This document shows, one piece after another, positions 36,240-50,344 of a stretch of DNA of 64,000 bases. The notes under the pieces are model-generated. The model did no database searches and had not been told where the DNA came from. It worked only from the letters and a program-made list of their open reading frames with translations. The DNA lies in the NCBI RefSeq assembly GCF_001194135.2, contig NC_068981.1, positions 62,227,843-62,291,842 of the forward strand, read 5' to 3'. The translations under genes and the position numbers were made by a program. The first letter of the stretch is position 1. Each line of letters begins with the position of its first letter. This DNA comes from Octopus bimaculoides. Lineage: Eukaryota.

Positions 36240-39200
36240 TGGGAACATCAGGAGAAGCAATCTGGCTCGGCAGGTGTCCTAGTGAATCACAGGCTGGACC
36301 CGTCGTAATCCTGCCACTGTGGTCAAACAATCTTCAAGAAACATTTAAAATAAAAATTCTTTGAATTTTGGTTGTTGGAATGTGCGCACACTTCTTGATA
36401 ATTTCAACAAGACGCCAGAAATGCGTTCTGCACTTATTTCACGTTAGCTTAAGAAATATTCCCGTGATATAGTTGCGCTCTCTGAAACTCGTCTCTCTAG
36501 TGAGGATCAAGTGGATGAACCTACTATCTTTTGGGGGTGCGTTCCTATGGGTCAGCTTAGAGAATCTTGTGTTGGGTTTGCTCTCAAGAATACATTAGTG
36601 TCCCCCATTGCAGTGCTTCCAAGTGGTAAACTGAAAAAAGTTAGGTTTCTTACCGTTGTAAGTATTTATGCACCAACAATGTCCCATTCTGATGAAAATG
36701 TAGGACAGTTTTATGATGACCTAGCAAAATTATTCAGGTAAGTCCCAATTTCTGATAAGCAGGTCATATTGAAAGACTATGTTTCATGGCCTGTTTTAGG
36801 TCGACATGGGATTGTAAAATGCAATAAAAACGGAGTAGCTCTTTTGACGTTTTGTACTGAGAATAATCTAGTTGTCACCAACACTTTGTTTAAGCAGAAA
36901 AATAAATATAAACCAACTGGATGCACCCAAGACCTAAGCACTAGCACCTCATAGATTATATTCTGACCAGAAAACGTGATATGAAAGACGTTTTTGCGTC
37001 CGGGCCATGCGAAGGGCAGAGAGCTGGACTAAGCCTCATCAAGTGTGTGGGAAAATAGATTTTTTCGATAATGTCTAAAAATCGACATTCTAGTCCTAAG
37101 ATACCCCAAAAGGTTAAATGCTGCAAACTTTAAATTATCAAGCAGCTTGCAAAGATTCCATGATGTTATAGAAAGCATCAATCTTGACCCAGACAACTTA
37201 TGGGAAAATTTCAAAACAAAAGTATTTCAGGCTGCAAGTTCCTCAGTGAGGTTTACATCACATAAGTCCAGTGACTGGTTCTCAAATAGATCAGAAGAAA
37301 TTCATTATCTTCGTTTAGAAAAATAAAACTTTGGAAATACGCTTCTTTCTCAGTCCTTGGACCCCAACACAAACGAAGCTTGCAGAAAGCTGAAAAGAAA
37401 AGTGCAGACAGCTCTAAGGAAAATTAAACAGGGATTGTGGAATGATAGAGCAAAAAGGACACAAAAAGCAGCTGATAGAAGTGAAGCCAAGGGTTTGTAC
37501 TCTTATGTTAAGGGGGTTTATGGCATAAAAACTTCAAAAGCTCAAGTGAGAACAGCAAATGGACGTTTGTTTCTGACTCACACCAATTCTATTCATGAGC
37601 GATGGGTAGAACATTTTTCTGCACATTTCTGCACATCATCCGCTAACATGTCGATAGAAAAAAAAATCGAGCACATTCCAGTTATAGAAGAGATGGCATT
37701 TGAACCAACTCTAAATGACATTTATTTAACTGTGAATAAGCTGAATAATAATAAGTCTCCAGGGTCTGTCGGAATCTGTACAGAAGTCTTGAAATATGGG
37801 GGTAACAAAATGTTTGAACTCTTAAATATATTAATTTGTCACTGACGGAGAACTGAGGAAGTTCCTCGGGACTGGATTGATGCCATTTTAGTCTCCTTGT
37901 ATATATCGCGGGCCAAAGGATCTGTGTGGTAATTTTTGTGGGATTTCGCTTTTGTCTGTGGTTGGAAAAGTACCTGCCCACATTTCGTTAGAATGTTTAA
38001 ATACCTTTATAGTTCCAAATATAGTGTCTGAGTCTCAGTGTGGTTTTCTTTCCTCCAGGAACACAGCTGATTGTCAGCTGTCAGACAATTACAAGAAAAG
38101 TGCATTAAACAGAATCTTATTCTATACCATTGATTTGTTCATTTGAGCAAAGCATTCGATGCTGTTAATCTAAATGCTCTGTGGCTAATTCTAAGGACAA
38201 ATAGGTTGCCCAAAAAATGTGTAAACTCGATCAGGGCTTTGGATCAAGATATGAAAGCTAGAGGTAATTTTGGAGGTTGGGTCTCTGAATGTTTTGCTGT
38301 GTATATTTTGTTGTGATGTCATATGCTTTTCAAATCTTTGAGGAAGGTATTTACATAAAATATCGAACAACGGAGAATGTTTTTAATCCGACTAGACTGA
38401 AATTCGAAACGAAGGTTTTTACTTCACTCATTAGGGAACTTTTGAACATTGGTGATTGCGATCTTGTGAGTCATTCTGAAACAGGTCTGCAATCTCTTTG
38501 TATCTGCTTTTGACTCGGCTTTTGATGATTTTAGTTGGACGATCAACTTGAAAAAACAGTCGTAATGCATCAACCTGCGTATGGTGTTGTTTGTAATCCT
38601 CCTAAAATTTTTATTAAAGGTAATTTATTTGAGGTTGTCGACTCGTTAGTCTACCTTGGAAGCTCTATTCAAAATGATGGAAATCTTGATACAGAAATAC
38701 AGTTGCGAATTCAAAGGGCAGCAAAAGCATTTGGTGGCCTGGAGTCACGTGCTCGGTACCAGCAACATACATATAAGAATGCAAAGCTGGCTCTTTACAA
38801 ATCATTTGCCTTACCATCCCCGCTGTATTCCTGTGAAACTTGGACTTGTTATGAAAGGCATTTTAAATTGTTAGAACAGTTCCAACAAAAATGGCTTCAT
38901 CACATTTTAAAAATTAGATGGAGTTCTTTTGCTCCAAACACAGATGTCGTTGCATCTGCAGGCATGACCTCAATTAAAGCTATGAATTTGAGGAACCAAT
39001 TGAGATGGTGGCGCCATATTGTTCGAATGGTGGATGAAAGCGTGCCGAAACAGCTGTTTTATGGTGAGCGGCGTAAACCTAAAAAAAGATTTAAGAATGG
39101 CATAAGGATTACTGTGAAGTCACTAGAAATGGTTCCACAAGATAGGGAAACCCTTTCTTGGAATCGCGTTGGATGGCGAACAAAGGTGTGGAGTGGGGTG

Positions 39201-39600
39201 AAAACACTTGAAGAGGCCATTAAGACTCAAAAGAGATCTAAGAAAGAATGTAACGATCGATAAAGTGAATCAGAATGACCTTTTTGTATGCACAGTCTGT
39301 AACAGACTGTATTTTGCTGGTCTCAAATCATATCTGCGAATGCATGGAAAACAAACCTTCACCAACTATTCTGCCTATATGTCTGCGCACATCTGTGAAT
39401 GCCGTGTATGCTAGAAGGTTTACAAATCTAGCGGAGGCACCAAGACACATTTCAAGATCCACAAAGGGTAGATCTTATCTGCATCTCTTGGTGGTACAAA
39501 TCGGAGGTGCAACCTATGCAGGTATCTTTTTAGAACATTGTATGGATTAAAAAGCCACATCAGATGCTATGATGGTGCTAAGTTGTAGGTACAGGAGATA
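36240..39600 (+). mobile_element. Near-full-length decayed RTE-clade LINE (APE, RT, C-terminal zinc fingers)
   Basis: GCWNVRTL, VALSETR, VSIYAPT, GRHG..KCNKNG, LIDYI (APE); LNNNKSPGSVGI, ESQCGF, KAFDAV, LVYLGS, RIQRAAKAFG, RNQLRWWRHIVRM (RT); three CxxC fingers at 39289-39570. Confidence 0.95.
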
Positions 39601-39676
39601 GTCAAACTCTGCTTAAGGAGTAGACAACCACCCATATATGTGCGTGTGTGTGTGTGTGTGAGTGTGTGTATACACA

Positions 39677-39729
<53 letters not shown>

Positions 39730-40914
39730 GTATGTTTGTATGTATGTATATGCCAGTCTTCCGCAAAATCTCCCTCCATAAATTTTCATTGATGATCCAT
39801 TGTTCACACCAAATAATCCTATAGTGTACTTTTCTTCCTTTTGCATTAGAGAATCAAACACGGACTCGCTTGGTTGCGTAGCAAACTTTGTAACGACGTG
39901 AACAACTATTTGCATTTTCGGAAATGCAAAAGTTGAAAACAAAAATCTTCTATTACTGCATATAAATGCATTTACCAATGAAACTTTAGATTATTCAATG
40001 TTACTAACGATAAAATAGATGGTCTCTTTCTATAGATACGCTTGAAATAGGGGAACCAATTAGTTACGTTACTGAAGCTATTTCTATAGGTTAATCTAAA
40101 GACGTAATGTCAGTTTTGCCGTTCATTATATGTTTAGATGTAACGATTATGTGCATTTCTTATATATTCATTTAGAAATAAATTAGATAAAAGGATTTTA
40201 GGAATTGATACGCATTAGGAGTGATTTAATTATTATAGCATTCGAGATTGTTTACTGAAGCATCTAAAATAAGTTTCCTTGCAGGTTCGGTAATGATTAA
40301 AGTGTTTGTTGTTCGTTTTGTTCAGTAAACACACACTTGACTTCAATCAACCTTTGCCCTGTAGGTATATTTTATTTTATTTCTTCCTAATCGAAGTACG
40401 ATTTCATCGTAAATCAGTTTCTAACAGAGATTCAATACCTAGAATATGGCATTTTCTTTTGTGGACGTTCAATAAATCGACCCGTTTTTGACGTGACATT
40501 TACGTTTTTATTTCAGAATCTATCATAGGCTGTTTAATAGGTGGTTACGAAAATCGTAGCATTTATCTTAAAATTTTGTGTCCAAGAAGCCAGAGATTAT
40601 TTACCTGTTAACCTTTACGTATATGTTGAATCATTTTATAATACAACTTATATATTATAGTAAAATGAACATGTTCTTTGTTTTTAAACACACTATTTAA
40701 AACTAGTTTCACCCGAGCTACTACAAACTAGAAATGTTAAATATCTCTCAACTCAGACTCCTACTTTCTATTATTTTCAACACTCCAGCGCATGCCTGTT
40801 GACCGTTTTCTGCATTTCAGCTTGTCTTACAAAGTCCCTTTGGAAAATTCAAATTTGATTGCAAAGAATTCGAATTTGATGGCAAGGAATCCAAACTTGA
40901 TTGAAAACATCTAT

Positions 40915-41079
<165 letters not shown>

Positions 41080-42063
41080 GGACAATTTTGAAATGGTTAA
41101 TGTCTTGTTATGTTTCCTCTGATTTTCTTTTACTTATCATAATAGCTTTCTTTGTGAGTTTAGGTTGACTTTGTTTATAATTTCTTATTAACATTGTTCT
41201 ATATTTTAAAATGTTTTGGCCATATTTGGTGGTTCAAAAATTAAGCGAATGATATTTCATGACAATTAATTCCAAATGAAAAGCAAAAAACAGAAAAGAC
41301 TAAATTAATATTACATGCTATATTTCCCAGCATATGTAATATTTGTGAAAATTAAATAGCATTTCTAATTAAGTTTAACGTGACATAATATATTCCTGTG
41401 AGCAGTTTATTTGCATTACATTATTCAGTTATTTTGAATAAATTTTTCTTCCAAGATTCATCCAAAATTCATTTGGTTATTCTAAGAATATATCGAAGGT
41501 CATTAAGTCCTGATCAGTGTTTTGTTTTGAGTTTTATTTGCTTTAAAAGCTGGAGCAAAATCCACCCATCATCCATTTGTGCTACATTAAACCGTTCTTC
41601 GTCCGAGTCGTTATATAAAAAAAATATTTAATCGAAAACTACATACAGTATGACAACAAAGTTGATCTAATCACAAAATGCAATGAAACATAATTTGAAT
41701 TTTTGCTATCGACTTAATTACATAATAATATATCATTAAACTAATTAATTCAGAAATTTGTGGTATACAGGGATTAGCTAAAAACTTTAACAAGTTGTTC
41801 ATAATGTTTTGCAATCTATAATACACTTCGTAGTTCCCAAAATCTTGTAAGGATATAATAGAGTGAAGGATACTACAACTATGGAAACTGCTGTGTTACA
41901 AATCGTACAAGAGACATTATATTTGCAGTAGTCAAATAAGGGATGGAATATTTTTGACGCAACCACTATAATTTGGAGCATTATCAGAAGGCTGTCACGA
42001 GAATTATTTGAGCGATGAATACATATACATACATACATACATACATACATACATACATACATA

Positions 42064-42430
42064 CTGAGGGATCAGAGTTCTCTTTCAAACAGGGTCAACG
42101 CTTTACAGTGATAAATAACTTCACATGTGCTTCAGAGAATCTAATATATGTATCAACTTGCTCTGAGTGTCAAGAGCAATACATCGGTAAAAACAAAAAC
42201 GCGCAAAGATGGCTCTACATAGATTCCAGATCAAAATTCGGGAATACGGAATAACAAAAAAAATTCAGTGAACATATCGACGCCTGCGCCACTAACAAAA
42301 CAACCTAGCTTCAGAATTGTTCACCACTATAAATTCAGGGATGACGCAACCTGTAGTCAGCGCATTAGTAAAGCGACTATTTTATCACAAAATATAAAGC
42401 CCTTTTGAATACGTCCACCAAAAATAACAC
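42064..42430 (+). mobile_element. Penelope-like GIY-YIG fragment (family of 17290-18050)
   Basis: EGSEFSFKQGQRFTVINNFTCASENLIYVSTCSECQEQYIG..FSEHIDACA. Confidence 0.85.
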
Positions 42431-42624
42431 TATTACAAGTGTCTTGGAATATTACCCACTCAAATATTAAAAGCGTTATATTCAGAACAATCACTACCCA
42501 TGATTTATTCAGAACAATTCCAATCACTTTTACAAACACAACAGGTCACTTTAGGTCACTTGACCATTTAAGAGGATTCCACCAACATCCTACTACTGTC
42601 ATAACCCGTCCGCATTTTTATTAT

Positions 42625-42665
42625 TCTTTCTTTTCTTTTTAATCTTCTTCTTCTTCTTCTTCTTC

Positions 42666-42734
<69 letters not shown>

Positions 42735-42780
42735 GTCTTCTTCTTATTATTATTATTCTTTTTCTTCTTCTTCTTTGCCA
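42625..42780. repeat. Compound (CTT)n/(ATT)n/(CTT)n microsatellite
   Basis: Seen directly in the sequence. Confidence 0.9.
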
Positions 42781-43552
42781 CCGCCTTACTCAGCAACCAC
42801 TGCTACGTAAACAACCTAACCAAGAACTCATATCAAATATTAGGATTACTACTACCTGCTACCTGCCACCAAACCCTCACAAGAATCAAAGAGAGACAGC
42901 GACAGACAGAAAGGAAAATGCCCCTTGCATTTCAAAACTATGGAAATATTTCTAAAACCGATTTCATTTAATTTTCCCACAATTTAAATTTTTTTCATGC
43001 TTCACTCTAAGTTAAAAAAGTCGCAAAGACTGAAATCGGTACTAAAATGTTTTTCATGATAAAATCATTTTACCATTTTCTAACTTGTCTTATTTTCCTT
43101 ATACATACTTGTATGTATATATAAATTTAGTAAATATAGTAAAACGCATTTGCTAAATGAATTCTTTTATTTCCAACATGTTTCGAAGATTACAAATTAT
43201 ACCTTCTATAGGAATAGGTGATGTTTATATGGATGTAATCTTCTCTTCAGGGAAATACATAGGAACCAGCTTAACCGTAAGACATTTTAACCGAATATGA
43301 TAACTGTAGTTAGAGAAGATTGCTACGTAATTTATTTCAAAAAGCCGCTGGAGGCCGGAACGGCACCAGACAGCACGTCGGGCGAGAAGGGAAGAAAAGA
43401 AGGGAAAAAAAGAAATATAGAGTATAGAACCGGGAGACAACAAAACGACTTAAATCCGACGAAAACTGGAGAGGAATGTTTCACCTACAATGGGACCGTA
43501 AAAGGGAGTCAATCCTGCATCTACACAAGCAGTGCTGACATAAATGTGCACA

Positions 43553-43554
<2 letters not shown>

Positions 43555-43591
<37 letters not shown>

Positions 43592-43612
43592 CCATGCATA
43601 CACACATATATT

Positions 43613-43678
<66 letters not shown>

Positions 43679-43875
43679 TCCATATACACACACATATATA
43701 CACACACACACATACATATACATACACACACATACACAACCCCACACATATATATAAATGTGTACACACATGTATATATACACAAACACACACACACAAA
43801 CACACACACACGCACACACGGACACACACACGCACCCGCACACACACCCTAGTACGTATACACATATATATATAC
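43555..43875. repeat. (TA)n/(CA)n compound microsatellite
   Basis: Seen directly. It is the source of several overlapping low-complexity ORFs. Confidence 0.9.
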
Positions 43876-45583
43876 CGGAGTAAGCACATAAATGCGAAAC
43901 AACGTGGAAAAACAGTACTCGAATACCAGAAGAAGAGTAATATGGTTTATTGAAACACAGCAGAAATATCACAAACATTGTTACTCAGAGTTTCATGTTC
44001 CCGTTCGTCGAACGAACGCGGATGTCAAACTCTGAGTAACATTTTTTGTGGTATGTATGTATATGTAATAATGTACACAGTACGTAACCTACAAATAGTT
44101 CTATATTTTAGAGAAACACGACTCGGAAGAAAAACGCTTGAGAAATAGATAGAAGGATACTTTTTGAGAGTGAATCACAGAGAGAGAGAGTCAGACAGAC
44201 AGAGACAGAGAGAGGGAGAGTGGGTAAGCGGGAAGAGAGAGAACGAAATTGGTAAAGAGGGTAAAGGAGAGAGAGAGAAATAGAATGAGAGATGTGCAAA
44301 TGTACACCGGAGTTTATACCACGCCTAATGTCTCCAAATAATCTTCGGTCTCTGAGCACATGGCCTATATCAATTAGAAATCAGGACAAGTTTTGTCGTT
44401 CTGATTAGCTTCTCGTAATTCCATTTTTGTCGGGTAGAAGATTTTCTAAACGATAGTTAGATTGTAGTATACGGTTTCATAGATTGATAGGATAGGACTA
44501 TTTTGGTAGAAAACTGTTGTTGTTCAAAGTTCAGTCATGCGTGTAATGAGATGCATCTATTTAGGCTTGTCTGGTTCAACTCTCAGGGTTGACAAAAAAT
44601 ATACGGATGGGAATTTATTATATGCTCAATAGATGTGTAACAAGTTTTACTTTTTTGTTGATGTTGTAGAACAGTGATGGATTATTTAACCTATTAATTA
44701 GAATTAAATTTAACCAAGTCTTACACAGACAAATCAGTAATATAAGCGAAATTTCATTCGCTTATGCTTGCTACGATAGGCATGCAGCAACACGAAAACC
44801 ATTCTAAACGCTAACCGTTTCAAAGAAAAATTGTATGCTCATTGAAAACTGGTATAGCAAAAAAATATTTTGACGAATATGCACAGCTTTGAATAACGAG
44901 GTGAGAGTGAAATTTAGACTAATATCACCTGATAAGTGTGTTTAAGAGGCCTTGGTAAGTATAGCTATTCTCAAATATATGGATATTGAATTCAAGGCAA
45001 GGTTTGCAAAGAAAATTTTCCAAATAAAACGTCACGATCTAAAAGCAGATTCGATTTAATGCCAAAAATTATGCGTTATGTATAAGATAAGTAAAATAGG
45101 TGTAGAATTATTTTTATCTCGTTAAACTTGTATGCAGCTAATAGCGTTCTCTGTTCAGCAAACAAAGTAAAACACATGTCTAAAATCCCCATAATATCCC
45201 TTTAATCATACGATTCTTTCTTTATGTAATCAGTTGTATCTTCATGTGGCTTCCCTAGTTCATGCAAACATACACATATGCATCCATAACATACATGCAT
45301 AAATATATATGTGTGTGTTGATAGATAGATAAATAGATAGATAGATAGATAGATATGTCTGTACACATACAGCCTAAACTCACACACGCAACCAGACACA
45401 CATTTGTACATCTTTCATTCTATATCTCATTCTCTCCCCCTTTCTTGCTTTCTCTATTCATTTTCCCCTTACCCGCTAACCCTCTCCCTCTTTTCTACCA
45501 TTCACACACTTGCTTGCGTTCATTCTAAGACAGTAGCTTGTTATTTCATAATCTTTTTTGTTTCGTATACATTTCCTTTTCTA

Positions 45584-46815
45584 TTGGGTAGGCAACGAAG
45601 TTCCCGCCGTTTATTTAAATTTAAATTTATTAAAAATGTTTGATAAAAAAAAAAAAAACTAATTAATTAATAATGTATTCAGCCTTGTTATTTACAACTT
45701 ATTCTCAAAGTTCAATAAGATTTTCAATACCTCATTGGTAGAAATGACCCGATTTCGACTCGAAAAATTGATCCAACCAAGCTCTCAATTCCGCATCAGT
45801 ATTAAACGAAACTCTACGCATAGCATTTGAAAGAGATCGAAAGCGGTGGAAATCCGTTGGTGCCAAATGAGGAGTGTACGTCGGGTGTGGCAACCCTTCC
45901 CAGCCATGTGTTTGAATGACTTCCTTGGTCATATTAGCGATATGAGGTCGGGCGTTGTCGTGCAGCAGAAATCCATACTGACGATTAGGTCCTTTCTCTC
46001 GAATAACCGTGTTGAGTCGTTCCATTTGTTGAGCATAGAGTTCTGCGTTGACCGTTTGGTTCCGTTCAAGCAATTCGTAATGGATATTCCCTTCCCAGTC
46101 CCACCATACGCACAACATCGTTTTACGCGGATGAAAATCTTGTTTCGTGCTCGTGTCACTTGCTTACCGGGACTAAGCCATTCCATACGATGCTTCATAT
46201 TAATGTACAGGTACCATTTTTCGTCGCCAGTAACGATTTGGTAAAGAAATCGTTGCTTGTGTCCATGAGCTGAGCGGTGATGAGCAAGCAAACCAGCGGC
46301 GATTGTGGCTCGTTCATTTTTGTTGTTGTCATTTAAAGCATGCGGAACCCGTGTTCCATACTTCTGAATCTTTCTCATTGAATGAGGATGCTTCTCTATA
46401 GCAGTGTGGGAGCATTCCATTTTCTCTGCCAGTTCCCTTGTCGTTTGACGAGAATTTTCGTGCACAAGTTGGTTTAATCGCTTTTCATCGAACTCAACAA
46501 ACGGCCAGAACGAGGTGCGTCTTTGAGGTCAAAATTTCCATTTTTGATCTCGGCATACCAAACACCATCTCCATACACAGCACAAATGTCGCTAGCAGCT
46601 TTTTCGGCCTTAGAACTTAGATTAAAAGCAAAAAGAAGAAGGTGTCGAAAATGCTCGTTTTTCTTAGCAAAAATTAACTAAAATTAACTAGAAAAAAATA
46701 GATTCCAAAATGATTCACAAATAGAATTCTGGAAAAAGAAATAGATTCTAAAATTTAAAAATGCATAAATTACAAAAGTTTAAAAAATACGGCGGGAACA
46801 TAGTTGCCAACCCAA
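45584..46815 (-). mobile_element. Full-length mariner element (DD34D), frameshifted transposase
   Basis: 27-bp TIRs TTGGGT.GGCAAC.A.GTTCCCGCCGT at 45584-45610 and 46789-46815 with TA on both sides. Motifs IVTGDEKW, MLCVWWD and HDNARPH...LAPTD (34 aa spacing). The TIR resembles mellifera-subfamily mariners (inference). Confidence 0.95.
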
Positions 46816-46954
46816 TACATCAAATATTTTTCTCGGTCGTCTTTCACAACATAATGTAAAGCAATATACGCTACATAATATATACTAAAACATACATTAT
46901 AACTCTTCCATTCTACTCAAACTATTACTCAAAGCTTTTTACATTCTTGTTCAT

Positions 46955-46968
46955 TACTACTACTATTA

Positions 46969-47031
<63 letters not shown>
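46955..47031. repeat. (ATT)n microsatellite
   Basis: Seen directly in the sequence. Confidence 0.9.
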
Positions 47032-47032
<1 letters not shown>

Positions 47033-48444
47033 GTTTTAGACAGGATAATTTCTACCTGTCTCAAAAAACACAAATTTGAAATTACCATTAACGTTTTCTA
47101 GGGATATTGAAAATGAACCATCATTTTTTATCAGATGTTCAGATTGTCTGAAAGAATCTTGGGGTGAAAATAAAGTCAAACCATCGGATTAATCACTAAA
47201 GAAAATTACTTCTACATTTCTTTTTGTATTTGTATAGAATTCAATAGCTTAATGAACTATCTTTCACCTTACAAATTTGTTTAAAGTTATTTATCATTTA
47301 GATATGTGCGATTTGGTGAGTTTCTCTGTCATGTATAGCAGTGAAGCAAAAAGATAAGTATACCAATATCCCCAGGTATTTATTGCGAAATATATTACGA
47401 CTTGATAAATATTCATAGATATAGTGCTGTTTTTGTTGCACTTCAGATGAGTAGGAAGCACAGGGAGTGATTAACTCACAAAGAAACGAATGCAATAAAC
47501 TGTCCTTACTATTCTTTGAAAGGAAGGAAAAAATCTTATATATATCATATAAGTGAAAACCTAATATATTCAAGTTGATGTTTTTGGTCACTGTCGTTCT
47601 TGTTTTTGCAGTTGTTGTTTCTACTCACGTTGTTTAGCATCGTGAATTCACTTATCAGAACAGATCTATTGGCAAAAGCGTTGCTGCTATAATACGAAAC
47701 GTATTTTACGCAGAGTAAAATTATGTCTACACAATCGAATATATTCTTGCTCTTTTAGACGGACGGAAACACTTTATTAAGTAATATGACTGCTGTTTCT
47801 AACTAGTTGAACATAGCATAAAAGCTCCTCTGTCAGCGCATAATTATGCATATTAATTAAGAGGATTGAACAACATACCAGAATATGTTATCTCTAACGC
47901 TTTATTAATGCCCATGAATACTTAATACGTAATATCTGTGCTCACGTAACTATAAAAGGTAACATTTATTTAACAATTTATGCAGACACATCACTATAAA
48001 ATCGAATAGTCTCAAATATATGCAATTCATCACAATATGTCAGCATTTTAAATACCAGGATTTTGATGCAAAAGTGAATTGCAAACAATGTTCTGATTTA
48101 GCCAGAGATTATTATAATATAAATTAAAGTGCGTTGCATATAATATTTCAAAAGCGCCATCTATAGACATATTTCCTTTGTCTTCTAGCGTCATACCCTG
48201 GAATGACTGTTAGGGGTAACATTATGGTATCGTAGACATTAGTACACAATGCGGAGCACACAGCTCTCTCGTTCGTACGACAGCATATAATAGCAAAATA
48301 GACGGACCTACAAAATGAGTTGCAGAAAGGAGAGGGTACGATGAATTTTAGTAGAAATGTCCTGGTGTCGTTGGTTCGACGCTGACTTAAATGGTATCAG
48401 GTATTTAAATGTTTCTCTTGTTTCTCTTTTACTTTCTCTCTTTC

Positions 48445-48960
48445 TCTGACTGGCACGCCATTTACATCCACTGGGATGCTCCAGTGGTAACACTCCATTA
48501 CCATCATGTTTACACCACTTATGTCTTGCAGCTTGATTAGCAGTGGCTGGATTACGACCAGGCTCAACTTGCTGCACACTAGGATACTCCCCTGGTGTGG
48601 CACCTTCACCATTGGTTCCAGTCCCGTTCACAACGTTATCGTTAGCTACTTGTCTTGTCATATTCACTCACAAACGAGGCATGTTTTTAGCTTTACCATC
48701 CACCTGTATTTTTGTCGAGACATTTCTATCAATGTTTCCCGCCAAAGGGGCAGAAGTCTTGCTCCCTTAGTTTTGAAATCGGACTGGTCTTCCTCCTAGG
48801 CTGCTTGCCATCCAAAGCTAACGAGTACAGCCTAGTCGGAGCACAGGATATTTGAAGGCGCAAGACATTCGACTCTTTACTCCCTTTTCCTACAAGTTCA
48901 GCGAAGAAATTGAGTTGTCAGAGGATATGTTATACACAGGCCATTGGGGCATTTTATAAG
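48445..48960 (-). mobile_element. 5' end (UTR and ORF start) of an R4/Dong-like LINE
   Basis: NGTGTNGEGATPGE..QVEPGRNPATANQAARHKW..VMECY resembles the R4-clade N-terminal RxKW...MECY motif. Preceded by a GC-richer UTR. Confidence 0.6.
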
Positions 48961-49201
48961 TGAAGGTTGCTCGAATCCATTCATCATCCCAGCATAGATA
49001 GTTCTTACAAATTTTGTGTCTCCCTTCTTCAGTTTGCTATTACTACAACCATAATTACCATCTCTATCATCATTATTACTATTATTATATTTACAATTAC
49101 TACTATTACCACTAATATCATCAATATACTTACCATTCTCATCATTATCATTAATGTCAAAACTTTTACTACCACCATTATTGCAATTACCACCTCACTC
49201 A

Positions 49202-49268
<67 letters not shown>

Positions 49269-49269
49269 T

Positions 49270-49505
49270 TATGTTTTGACTTTTGTTTTGCATTTGTACA
49301 AGTTGGATCCAAGTCTCACCCAGAGACCTCAAGAGACAACAAGTTAGAAGTTCATGTAGGTGTTATGCCTAGGGTACCATATATTTGGATTTGTACATAG
49401 AATGTTTAAGAAACCATAAGAAAATTATGTGTTTGTTTTAAAATTTCAGATCACATAGACAGTATTTTACGTAGGATATGGGCAGTTCCCATGAGCACTA
49501 TCTTT
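49270..49505 (-). mobile_element. 3' end of an R4/Dong-like LINE with (TAA)n tail
   Basis: KIVLMGTAHILRKILSM* followed by a 3' UTR homologous to 5542-5660 and ending in (TAA)n at about 49200-49268. The rest lies in the gap. Confidence 0.85.
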
Positions 49506-49890
49506 NNNNNNNNNNNNNNNNNNNNNNNNNNNNNNNNNNNNNNNNNNNNNNNNNNNNNNNNNNNNNNNNNNNNNNNNNNNNNNNNNNNNNNNNNNNNNNN
49601 NNNNNNNNNNNNNNNNNNNNNNNNNNNNNNNNNNNNNNNNNNNNNNNNNNNNNNNNNNNNNNNNNNNNNNNNNNNNNNNNNNNNNNNNNNNNNNNNNNNN
49701 NNNNNNNNNNNNNNNNNNNNNNNNNNNNNNNNNNNNNNNNNNNNNNNNNNNNNNNNNNNNNNNNNNNNNNNNNNNNNNNNNNNNNNNNNNNNNNNNNNNN
49801 NNNNNNNNNNNNNNNNNNNNNNNNNNNNNNNNNNNNNNNNNNNNNNATGTATTTGTCTGAATATTTTTTTATTATACCTAAGGCACCTAC

Positions 49891-49980
<90 letters not shown>

Positions 49981-50344
49981 TGAGTGAAAGAACAGCGCAT
50001 GCCATCAAACTGACACCGGAGTATAAATTTACACCACATAGTTTATTTACAATTCAAGTAGGTGAGAAACAGAAGAACAAAGAAAAAGAAAGCAAAAAGG
50101 AAAACGGAAAGTAAAAAAGGAACAAAAGATTTTACATGTGTTGTAATCGTTCTCACGTTCACAATGTTATTCTCAATATGTGTGACGTACCAGTTAAAAC
50201 AATGTTTTGAACATCTTGTAAGAATGGTAATCCTGAGTTCATACTCCCTTATAGGTCATTCCAAATACTCCTACGATCACTAGTATTGTAACCGCCTTGA
50301 AATGCCACAATTTTCGATTTCGTTATTATTATTATTAATTCCCT

